Part shown: positions 1 to 8,222 of the stretch, one piece after another
Layout of the letters: every line of letters starts with the position of its first letter
Numbering within the stretch: position 1 is the stretch's first letter
DNA from: a virus
Lineage: Duplodnaviria > Heunggongvirae > Uroviricota > Caudoviricetes
Virus record (IMG/VR): IMGVR_UViG_3300020202_000067
Coordinates: 17,335-81,334 of that record
Strand: one strand, 5' to 3'
DNA length: 64,000 nucleotides
Notes under the pieces: generated by a model
Database searches by the model: none
What the model was told of the DNA's origin: nothing
The model's input: only the letters and a program-made list of their open reading frames with translations
Translations under genes and position numbers: made by a program

Positions 1-375
1 AAGCGTGAATGGGGTAAGGACTATGACGCCAATGTTGAAATTGGTCGTCGGTTCAGAGATCAATTCGGCGGACCTGAGCTTCAAGCATTCTTCAATGAAA
101 CGCAGCTAGCGACTGGCGGCTTGGTTGGCGATCATCCGGTGATTGTCAAGTTGATGGCCTCTCTCGGTCGCAAGAGCGGCGAAGGAGAGCTGTTGCTCGG
201 TGCCACGCCGCAGGAGCGGCAATCCATTCAAGACCAGATCAACAAACTTAATAATGATGTGCCGCCCGGCTCTGCGGGCTACACCAATCCGGAACATCAG
301 AAGAAGCTCCAGACGCTGTACTCTCAGCTGCATGGAAAGCAACCGATCGTCGGCGCTGGCAATCGCTCCTTCTGA
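1..375 (+). CDS. scaffolding-like protein, C-terminal fragment (5' end outside window)
   Basis: Frame 1 is open from base 1 to TGA 373-375 (track lists only the internal Met at 121). Hydrophilic and Q/K/E-rich, directly upstream of the capsid gene. Role inferred from position only. Confidence 0.45.
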   Translation, partial: KREWGKDYDANVEIGRRFRDQFGGPELQAFFNETQLATGGLVGDHPVIVKLMASLGRKSGEGELLLGATPQERQSIQDQINKLNNDVPPGSAGYTNPEHQKKLQTLYSQLHGKQPIVGAGNRSF

Positions 376-507
376 TTAACAGCCAACTGCAATGCCCCAC
401 AAGAATGAGCAGTGCGCCCCGAATTACCGGCTACCGCAATGCTCGTCAAGTGGCTACCAGTGCAGAAGGTAAACTCAACCCAAACTTCAACACGAAAGAG
501 GAATTGA

Positions 508-1404
508 ATGTCTACTTCAATTGACTCCTCCTTCGTGCGGCAGTATGAGGCTGAGGTCCACCACCTCTTCCAGAGGCAGGGTGGATACCTTCGCCCCGCT
601 GTCCGCACCAAGGACAATGTGATTGGTACGTCCACGACCTTCCAGAAGATCGGCAAGGGCGTGGCCACCACCAAGGCGCGTCATGGTGTCATCACTCCGA
701 TGAACCAGGACCACACGGCTATCACCTGCACGCTCTCGGATTTCTACGCGGGCGACTGGGTGGACAAGCTGGACGAGGCCAAGGTCAACCACGATGAGCG
801 CATGGCTATCGCTCAAGGTGGTGCCTGGGCGCTGGGTCGTAAGGTCGATGACCAGATCCTCACGGCGCTGGACTCAACGACCACGACGGCTGTGACTTGG
901 GTTTACACCTCGGTCATGGGCATCGAGAACTCGCTGCTTGCCACGGTGCGTTCTCTCGATGCTGCCGACGTGCCCAACGATGGCATGCGCTTCGTTGTGC
1001 TGACTTCGCATGCCTACTCGGCGGCAATGAAGGTTGAGTCCTTCGCCAGCGCCGACTACGTTGATCCGATGAACCGTCCGATGGAGCAGGGCATGCCCAT
1101 CTTCACCTGGCGGCGTTGGATGAATGCGTTGTGGACTGTTCACACCGGCTTGTCCGGCGTGGGCACTTCGTCTGCCAAGGGCTTCGCCTGGCACAAGTCC
1201 GCTGCTGGCTATGCCACTGGTGCACATGCTGGCAACGCGGCTCAGAACCAGGCTGTGGCTGCCGACATTACGTGGCACGGCGATCGTGCTGCGCACTTCG
1301 TGAACCACTCGATGTCTGGTGGGGCTTGCCTCATCGACGACACCGGTGTGTTCGAGCTCGATCTTGATGACTCGGCTTCGTTGCCGACTGTCGTCACGGT
1401 CTAA
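508..1404 (+). CDS. major capsid protein (T7 gp10-like, HK97 fold)
   Basis: 298 aa. The FVRQYEAEV..FQ N-terminus and overall pattern match T7-type capsid proteins as I recall them. RBS AAGAGGA upstream; follows the scaffold-like ORF. Confidence 0.8.
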   Translation: MSTSIDSSFVRQYEAEVHHLFQRQGGYLRPAVRTKDNVIGTSTTFQKIGKGVATTKARHGVITPMNQDHTAITCTLSDFYAGDWVDKLDEAKVNHDERMAIAQGGAWALGRKVDDQILTALDSTTTTAVTWVYTSVMGIENSLLATVRSLDAADVPNDGMRFVVLTSHAYSAAMKVESFASADYVDPMNRPMEQGMPIFTWRRWMNALWTVHTGLSGVGTSSAKGFAWHKSAAGYATGAHAGNAAQNQAVAADITWHGDRAAHFVNHSMSGGACLIDDTGVFELDLDDSASLPTVVTV

Positions 1405-1419
1405 AGGAGGACAGACAAC

Positions 1420-2079
1420 ATGGCATTTTCTGCTTCTGCTCTCCACCTGCTCTCTGGCGGCGCTGCTGGCAAGCTGCGCTTCCACTATTCCACCTCCGAC
1501 GACTCAATGGCAACGGTTCTCGCAAACGGCTACTTCTTGTCGTCGAGCGTGAACGTTGTTGGGTTGACGGCAGGAGACCACATCTTCTGCCAGTGCTCCG
1601 ACGGCAACATGCTCGTGCGTGTTTCCGCCGCTTCTCAGACTGCGGTGGTCTGCAAGTTCGCCGGTGGCGACCTGCCGATCCGCACCTGGGCGACGGGCAC
1701 TGCGGCTGGTGACGGCAAGCTGAAGGTCGGCTTCTACGAAGTTGGAACATCGATCGCTACTGGCTCTCGAGCGGTGCTTCCCACGCCTTATCCGGGCGCG
1801 GAAGTCATCGTCTTCAAGGTCGATAGCGGCACGCAGATCTTCCACTTCGATGCTGGCGGTTCGGCTTCTGACTTCTCCATGGACGCGTCTGATGGCGCGG
1901 CTGGTGGAGGCACCGGTGTCACCTATGACAGCGTCGGCAATCGTCGCATTCAGTTGCAAGCTGAAGGCGAATGGTTCCATGTCAAGGCGACCTCGACTTC
2001 GCGCTGGCGTCTCTATGGCCACGGCCATCAGGCGACTGCCGTGAACGAAGGCGCGTCCGTCTTCTTGGGCGGCACCTAA
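1420..2079 (+). CDS. hypothetical virion protein (possible capsid decoration/minor capsid)
   Basis: 219 aa, G/S/T/A-rich, RBS AAGGAGGA just upstream. Sits between the capsid gene and a hairpin terminator. No motif recognised. Confidence 0.6.
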   Translation: MAFSASALHLLSGGAAGKLRFHYSTSDDSMATVLANGYFLSSSVNVVGLTAGDHIFCQCSDGNMLVRVSAASQTAVVCKFAGGDLPIRTWATGTAAGDGKLKVGFYEVGTSIATGSRAVLPTPYPGAEVIVFKVDSGTQIFHFDAGGSASDFSMDASDGAAGGGTGVTYDSVGNRRIQLQAEGEWFHVKATSTSRWRLYGHGHQATAVNEGASVFLGGT

Positions 2080-2090
2080 GCAAGCCAAAA

Positions 2091-2114
2091 GGGAGGAGCG
2101 CAAATGCTCCTCCC
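2091..2114 (+). terminator. stem-loop after capsid mini-operon
   Basis: GGGAGGAGC-gcaaat-GCTCCTCCC, a perfect 9-bp stem 12 nt after the stop at 2079. Followed by TACTTCTTC, a weak U-tract. Confidence 0.5.
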
Positions 2115-2137
2115 TACTTCTTCATGGGAGAGAGTTT

Positions 2138-3004
2138 ATGAAAAGAAAAATTGCGATGGTAGGCACTGCAGCTTCGGGAATAGCTGCTCCTTATGCTGAC
2201 CCTTCCTGGGAAATCTGGGGCGTGTCGCAACGTGCTGAATACGTCACTCGCGCAACGCGCTGGTTTGAGTTGCATCGCCTAGACGGCGAGCCGCAGGATT
2301 GGGCCAATCTTTGGCGCAAGTCACTCAGCGGCTTCATTGGCGACACTGAGCTCATCATGATGTATCCGGAGCCTGGCCTGGCAAAGAATTTAACCGTTTA
2401 TCCGCACGAACAAATTGTCGCGCGGTTTGGCACTTTCTTTATGACTTCCACCTTTGCTTGGATGATGGCATTGGCACTCAATGAGCTGCGCCCCATTGGA
2501 GGTCAGCCAGTCGATGGCGAGATCGCTATCTACGGCGTGGACATGGAGTATGGCACGGAATATCGGCAGCAACGTTCTGGCTTCCGGCACTTCATTCAAC
2601 TTGCTGCTCACATGGGCGTGCCAGTGACGCGACTAGCGGATGGCGGCTTGGCTTATGAGCCTGTGCCTTATCCAATGTGGCAGGATGACCCATTGCTTTC
2701 CAAGCTGACGCTCCGATCCAAGATTGTAAAGGAACGTCTCGCTTCATTCAATGAGTCATTGGCAGTGACTCAAGAAATGATGGCTCAAGCGCGCGCTAAG
2801 CTCGATCTTCTGGAAGAGCTTAAGCGCTGTGTCGTGGCAGATGCAGACAGCGACTTCAGCTGCTTTATCAAGAACAAGGAAGAGCAACTGGAGCGAGACT
2901 TGCAGGCATTCACCAAGACATCAGCTACCATTAGCAAGGACATCGTCAAGCTGGAAGGCAATGATGATGAACAGCAATGGATGATTGATTATCTCCAACC
3001 TTGA
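2138..3004 (+). CDS. hypothetical protein, enzyme-like N-terminus plus coiled-coil C-terminus
   Basis: 288 aa. KIAMVGTAASG..PSWEIWGVS resembles a Rossmann-type start; the last ~90 aa are coiled-coil-like. Family not recognised. Confidence 0.65.
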   Translation: MKRKIAMVGTAASGIAAPYADPSWEIWGVSQRAEYVTRATRWFELHRLDGEPQDWANLWRKSLSGFIGDTELIMMYPEPGLAKNLTVYPHEQIVARFGTFFMTSTFAWMMALALNELRPIGGQPVDGEIAIYGVDMEYGTEYRQQRSGFRHFIQLAAHMGVPVTRLADGGLAYEPVPYPMWQDDPLLSKLTLRSKIVKERLASFNESLAVTQEMMAQARAKLDLLEELKRCVVADADSDFSCFIKNKEEQLERDLQAFTKTSATISKDIVKLEGNDDEQQWMIDYLQP

Positions 3005-3013
3005 GGTTTTGAA

Positions 3014-3631
3014 ATGAACAAGCGATTTGAAATTCCTCGCAATGCGATGTGCATGTCAGATCCGATGCCGTTCTCGCAGCACTGGGAAGTGCGCGTGTCG
3101 ATCCCGTTGGAAGACATTGACAACATGGGCGCTGCATTGCAGAATGGATACTCTTCCTTCCGTGCAGGCGATTTGATCCATGTTTGCTCATTCGATAAGC
3201 CAGACTGGAAACGGCTCAAGGAACTAGCAAGCTATCGCGTTGTCTCTGTAGAGAACAATAAGATCGAAGTTGTTCAGGTCACCGAGATCATACGCGTTGC
3301 TGCTGCCAAGGAAATTGCAAATCCGTTGCACCATCTCAAGCTCGAGATCAGGCAAGTTGGTCGCTCTTGGCAAGTGGTCGATGAAAAAGGAAACATCATC
3401 GAAGCATTCGTCGAGGAGAAACAGGCTCGCGCATTCTTGGCCAGTAATCAGCCAGAACCAGAAGCCGAGAAGAAGGCTGCTGAAGATGATCGCTCCGGCT
3501 ATATTGTCCGTCGCGGCTTTCAGGGCAAAGGCATCGTGCAGAATGCCGCTGGCGAAGTCGTCAAGGAATTTCGTTCTGTCAAGGAAGCGGAAGAGTGGCT
3601 TGGAAAGAAGTCAGCTGAGGCCGCTGCTTAA
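3014..3631 (+). CDS. hypothetical protein with two DUF2188-like repeats
   Basis: 205 aa. Internal repeats WQVVDEKGNIIEAFVEEKQARAFL and GIVQNAAGEVVKEFRSVKEAEEWL. Stop overlaps the next start (TAATG). Confidence 0.6.
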   Translation: MNKRFEIPRNAMCMSDPMPFSQHWEVRVSIPLEDIDNMGAALQNGYSSFRAGDLIHVCSFDKPDWKRLKELASYRVVSVENNKIEVVQVTEIIRVAAAKEIANPLHHLKLEIRQVGRSWQVVDEKGNIIEAFVEEKQARAFLASNQPEPEAEKKAAEDDRSGYIVRRGFQGKGIVQNAAGEVVKEFRSVKEAEEWLGKKSAEAAA

Positions 3632-4239
3632 TGACGACACAAACAGACATCGTCAATATAGCTCTCAGACGCATTGGCGCTAATCGCATTGACGATTTAG
3701 CCAAGAGCGGTTCCAAGGAAGCGATTGCGGCGCGAGACCTTTATGAGGAGGCGCGTCGCGATCTGCTCAATTTGCACAACTGGAACTTCGCCATTAAGCG
3801 AAGTCAATTGTCCGCATCATCAACAGATCCGACCTTTGGCTGGGATTACACTTATCCATTGCCAGAAGATTTGATCCGATTAGTTTCGGTTCACCCGCAC
3901 AATGACGATCACTCAATCGTTGATTATCGTCTTGAGTTTCAATCAAGCGATGATCGCGTGTTGGTGACTAATTCAAATCAGATTTACATCAGGTATGTTT
4001 GGGACATCGAAGATCCAAATCTGTTCAGCGCTTCATTCAGAGAAGCACTCGCTTGGCGCTTAGCCAGAGACTTGGCATTGGCACTTTCGAAGTCTGCTTC
4101 AGCGGCTGAGCTGGCTGACAAAGCTTACAGGCGCTCCTTGAGCCATTCGAAGTCCATCGATGGAATTGAGGACTATCCAGAGAAGATGGCAGAGGGCGAT
4201 TGGATCACCTCAAGGTTCCCTGACTATTCGAGGGCTTGA
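3631..4239 (+). CDS. tail tubular protein A / head-tail adaptor (T7 gp11-like)
   Basis: 202 aa. The DIVNIALRRIGANRI...NWNFA pattern and the size are typical of gp11-type proteins. ATGA-coupled to the next gene. Confidence 0.75.
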   Translation: MTTQTDIVNIALRRIGANRIDDLAKSGSKEAIAARDLYEEARRDLLNLHNWNFAIKRSQLSASSTDPTFGWDYTYPLPEDLIRLVSVHPHNDDHSIVDYRLEFQSSDDRVLVTNSNQIYIRYVWDIEDPNLFSASFREALAWRLARDLALALSKSASAAELADKAYRRSLSHSKSIDGIEDYPEKMAEGDWITSRFPDYSRA

Positions 4240-7184
4240 TGGCAACTCCATTTCTTTCATCGATCAATTCTGGTGAATTCTCCCCGCGCATGGAAGCGCG
4301 GGTTGATTTCGAGCGTTACGCTAATGCGGCAAAATTGTGCCGCAATTTCATATTGTTTCCGCAGGGCGGCATCTCTCGTCGTCCTGGCACCAGATTTGTC
4401 AAGGAAGTTAAATCCTCTTCTCTATCTACAAAGCTCATCCCATTCGAGTTTTCTGAGGATGACTCTTACATCATCGAGGCTGGTAACAACTATTTCCGCT
4501 TTTATCGTCGTCAAGGAAGTCTCACTGTTGACGACACAGACGCAGCCGTCACAAATGGCACATTTGCCTCGAACATAACAGGATGGACGGACGCTTCGAC
4601 TGGCGGCGCTGCAATTGCTCATGACTCAACAAATCAACGTTTGCAATTGACTGGAACGTCAGGCGGTGTCGCCTGGGCTAGACAAACCATCTCGATTGGA
4701 GCCAGCCACACTGCAAAAGTGCACGTTCTGAAGTTTCGACTCGCCATTGCCGGTGGCGGGAAGATCGGTTTTCAAGTTGGCACTTCAAATACAGGATCTG
4801 AGGTTCTGAGCGAAATTCTCCTCGGAGAAGGAGAGCATTCAATCAGCTTCACTCCAGGCGCTACTTCGATCTCAATCCAATTTCGCAACACGAATTCTCC
4901 GGCACGCAATGGCTTCGTTGACAATGTTGAATTCATCGACAATGCAGCGCTTGAACTAGTCTCTCCTTATGCAACAGCAGACCTGGAAGATCTTCGTTAC
5001 TTCCAAGCTGCTGACGTTGTTTACGTCTGCCATCCAGATTATGCTGTTCGGAAGATCGAGCGCAGAGGGCATCGTAGTTGGTCCATTGTTCAAGCGTTCT
5101 TTACAGATGGCCCCTATCTTGAGACGCACAACGGCGATGATCTTGCAACTATGCAGCTCGTTTCCAACTCATTGTTCGAAAACGGGATGATAGGATGGAC
5201 CGACAATTCCACAGGCGATGGCTTCGTTGTATTCAATGAAGCTGGCAAATTTGCAGAGCTTGATCCTGGGACGACTGGCGGGACCGGGGTTGCCATACTG
5301 AGAACGAGCGCAACTGTTGTTACTAGCAAGAAACATGTCGCGCACATACTCGTGGTTGCTGCTGGACCAGTGACCGTCAAGCTCGGCAGCGCCGCTGGCG
5401 GCACGCAATATATTAACACGACGCAATATCCAGGCTGGTCGTCTTATGAGTTCACGACCTCCGGAACAACGTTGCATGCTGAATTTTCGCATAATGATTA
5501 TGACAAGGGCCGTGCAGGCATCGGCGGGTTTCAAGTTTACAGCGAGGACCATAGTCTTCTTGAAGCTAGTGCAACTACAGGATCCGTGACACTAACCGCT
5601 CTGGGCTTTTCTCCATTCACCTCAGCGGATGTCGGACGGCTGATTCGCATGGAATGGCCTGGACAAGAGGCTGGTTATGGAGTGATCACTGCTTATAGCA
5701 GCAGCACCTCTGTGACGCTGTTCGTGCTCAGAGCTTTAGCTTCAACGGCTCCAACTGAGTCATGGCGCTTTGGTGCTTGGGGTGGTGACCAAGGCTATCC
5801 AAAGGTGGTAGGGTTCTATGACGGACGATCTGTGTTTGCGAACACGGAAGCCAAACCCAACTCTCTGTGGATGTCGCAGTCAGGACAGATCGAGAATATG
5901 CGTCTTGATTCCTTCTCTGAAGGCGACCTAACAGCTCAGGATGATGATGCCATTTCAGTGACATTACGTTCTACAAAGATCAATCCAATTTTTTGGGTCA
6001 GTGGCCAGAAGAACTTGATGGTCGGCACTGCAGGCGGGCAGTGGGTCATTCGTTCCTCTGGAGCTGTGGTGACCCCCAGCGACATCTCTACCAAGCAGCA
6101 TGCTGCCGTGCCTTGCGCTGACACCAAGAATATCGAGATCAATCAAACCATTCTTTTCGCCGATCGCGCTCGCAGAGAGGTTCATGATCTTGGCTTCTCT
6201 TTGGAAGAGGACTCATTCCTCGCGACTGATTTGACGATCCTTTCAGATCATATGTTTACCTCTAAGCTGGAGGAGATGGTCTATCAGCGTAATCCGTATT
6301 CCATCATATGGTGCCGAAGAGAAGACGGCAGAATGGCGTCATTGAGTTACAACAAACAGCATCAAGTTCTTGGCTGGTCACAAACCGTTATTGGTGGATC
6401 ATTTGGTAGTGGAGACGCGGTTGTTGAAAGTGTAGCCGTCATCCCAGGAGCGAATGACGACACGCAAACGCACACTTCCGACGAGCGTAATGAATTGTGG
6501 ATGATCGTTAAAAGAACGATTAACGGATCAACCAAACGTTACATTGAGTTCATGGAATACTTCTTCGATGGTCCTTTGCGCGAAGATTACGACACGGAAG
6601 CCGAATGGCAAGCGGCAATGCGCACGCAACAGGAAGACGCCTTCTATGTTGACTGCGGTCTGACATATGACGGCTCTGCCACTTCAGTCATCACCGGCCT
6701 CGATCATCTTGAAGGGCAGACCGTTAGGATCTTGGCAGACGGAAAGATCCATCCAACAAGAATTGTTTCGTCTGGCTCCATTTCTTTGAATGAGCAAGTC
6801 ACCAAGGCGCAAGTTGGGCTTGGTTACAAATCACGTTATGAAAGTCTGAAGCTGGCACCGCCAAATATGGAAGGCGGGTCTGGTGTCGGCAAGGTGAAGA
6901 TTATCTCTGAAGTCGGGATCATTCTTCTTGACGCCACAACTTTCGATGTAACAACAGTTGAGTATGACGAAGAGCAGGGCCGTCGCCAGCACACGCTTTA
7001 TTCACAAGAATTCCTTCGCGACTACATGGACAGAGACGACGCCATTCCGCTTTTCTCCGGAGAGATCGCTCCGTCAACAGACGGCGTTTGGTCGCGCGAC
7101 TCACGCATTTATATCGAATGCGAACAACCTTTGCCGCTGACTGTTCTCGGCCTGGCTCCGCGCATGGAAGTAAGGGCTCAATAA
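4236..7184 (+). CDS. tail tubular protein B / nozzle (T7 gp12-like) with two inserted beta-sandwich modules
   Basis: 982 aa. The N-terminus GEFSPRMEARVDFERY..GGISRRPGTRFV is typical of gp12-type proteins. Inserts at nt 4545-4937 and 5154-5543 share a NGxFxxxxxGWTD start. Confidence 0.8.
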   Translation: MMATPFLSSINSGEFSPRMEARVDFERYANAAKLCRNFILFPQGGISRRPGTRFVKEVKSSSLSTKLIPFEFSEDDSYIIEAGNNYFRFYRRQGSLTVDDTDAAVTNGTFASNITGWTDASTGGAAIAHDSTNQRLQLTGTSGGVAWARQTISIGASHTAKVHVLKFRLAIAGGGKIGFQVGTSNTGSEVLSEILLGEGEHSISFTPGATSISIQFRNTNSPARNGFVDNVEFIDNAALELVSPYATADLEDLRYFQAADVVYVCHPDYAVRKIERRGHRSWSIVQAFFTDGPYLETHNGDDLATMQLVSNSLFENGMIGWTDNSTGDGFVVFNEAGKFAELDPGTTGGTGVAILRTSATVVTSKKHVAHILVVAAGPVTVKLGSAAGGTQYINTTQYPGWSSYEFTTSGTTLHAEFSHNDYDKGRAGIGGFQVYSEDHSLLEASATTGSVTLTALGFSPFTSADVGRLIRMEWPGQEAGYGVITAYSSSTSVTLFVLRALASTAPTESWRFGAWGGDQGYPKVVGFYDGRSVFANTEAKPNSLWMSQSGQIENMRLDSFSEGDLTAQDDDAISVTLRSTKINPIFWVSGQKNLMVGTAGGQWVIRSSGAVVTPSDISTKQHAAVPCADTKNIEINQTILFADRARREVHDLGFSLEEDSFLATDLTILSDHMFTSKLEEMVYQRNPYSIIWCRREDGRMASLSYNKQHQVLGWSQTVIGGSFGSGDAVVESVAVIPGANDDTQTHTSDERNELWMIVKRTINGSTKRYIEFMEYFFDGPLREDYDTEAEWQAAMRTQQEDAFYVDCGLTYDGSATSVITGLDHLEGQTVRILADGKIHPTRIVSSGSISLNEQVTKAQVGLGYKSRYESLKLAPPNMEGGSGVGKVKIISEVGIILLDATTFDVTTVEYDEEQGRRQHTLYSQEFLRDYMDRDDAIPLFSGEIAPSTDGVWSRDSRIYIECEQPLPLTVLGLAPRMEVRAQ

Positions 7185-7616
7185 ATGCGTACAGCCCAAT
7201 TTGAAATTGAGCACATCGATCAATTCAAGAATTTCGCAGGACAAGAGAACATTGTTGTTGGCGCCAAGACAGAAGACTTCATTCATCTGAAAGATGGCGG
7301 TGCGTCTTATACCATATTCAATGATGATGATATTCCAATTGGATGCGGCGGATTGATAGAATGTCACAAGTATCGCGCCCTGGCTTGGTGTCTCTTTCAA
7401 CGCACGAATGATCCTGTGTCATTTGTTTATATTCACAAGATCGTTTCCAGGGTTATCAGAGACAGCAATTATCCTCGCATTGAGGCCTATGTTAATCCGA
7501 TGCTGCTTTCCTCTGTTAGGTGGATCAAGCAACTCGGGTTCAAGCTCGAAGTCTCCTATTATCCTTATTTCTTTGCGGATGGCACTGGAGCTTCGCTCTA
7601 TGCCATTATGAGGTGA
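7185..7616 (+). CDS. GNAT-like N-acetyltransferase
   Basis: 143 aa. The C-terminal RIEAYVNPMLLSSVRWIKQLGFKLE resembles the RimJ/RimL-type GNAT core, but no clear Q/RxxGxG motif. Visibly AT-richer than its neighbours. Confidence 0.5.
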   Translation: MRTAQFEIEHIDQFKNFAGQENIVVGAKTEDFIHLKDGGASYTIFNDDDIPIGCGGLIECHKYRALAWCLFQRTNDPVSFVYIHKIVSRVIRDSNYPRIEAYVNPMLLSSVRWIKQLGFKLEVSYYPYFFADGTGASLYAIMR

Positions 7617-7622
7617 AGAAGA

Positions 7623-8222
7623 ATGGCAATGCTCACGATGGGAGCAACTGTTGCTAGCGGCGTTGTCGGCGTTCTAGGCGCTCTGCAGAAAGGCAAAGCT
7701 GATGCCTTCAATGCGCAAGTAGAAGCCGAGAACCGCGCAAGGCAAGCGGATGCGCAGTCTGAAGCCGACATCTTCAATGCAAAGGTTGCCAGGCAGCTCG
7801 CTGAGTCTGAAACGCGACAAGGCGCTGCCAATGCGAAAGATTACCGACGCACCCAAAGCGCCCGTGCTGCCAGTCGCCGCGCAATTGTTTCAGCGTCAGG
7901 TGTTTCCATGGAAGGATCCCCGCTGCTGGTTGATGAAGCGATCTTCCAGGAAATTGAATTTGGAGCACAACGCATTGCTTTTGATTCGATGACCAAGTCG
8001 TCTCGTGCCAGAAACGCAGCCTCACTACTCGAACGTTCAGCATGGCACAATAAGGAAACAGCGCGCATCGCGCGTGAGACTGGACGCGCTAGCGTTGAGA
8101 ACATCCGCAAGGCTTCTTATCTTTCTGCCCTAGGCAGAGGTCTGTCAGGCTTTCTTGACACAAGCAAGGCAATAAATGAAATGGCGACACAAGCAGCTCT
8201 TGGCGGCGGAGGAGGAGGTTAA
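7623..8222 (+). CDS. internal virion (ejection) protein, gp14-position
   Basis: 199 aa. Hydrophobic N-terminus, A/R/Q-rich helical body and a poly-G tail whose codons form the RBS of the next gene. Assigned by position. Confidence 0.55.
   Translation: MAMLTMGATVASGVVGVLGALQKGKADAFNAQVEAENRARQADAQSEADIFNAKVARQLAESETRQGAANAKDYRRTQSARAASRRAIVSASGVSMEGSPLLVDEAIFQEIEFGAQRIAFDSMTKSSRARNAASLLERSAWHNKETARIARETGRASVENIRKASYLSALGRGLSGFLDTSKAINEMATQAALGGGGGG

Noticed and set aside
1319-1552. T7 gp10A/10B-style frameshift extension of the capsid protein
   Set aside because: The -1 frame closes at 1367, before the capsid stop. The +1 frame extension is junk-like, and no slippery site was seen near the 3' end.
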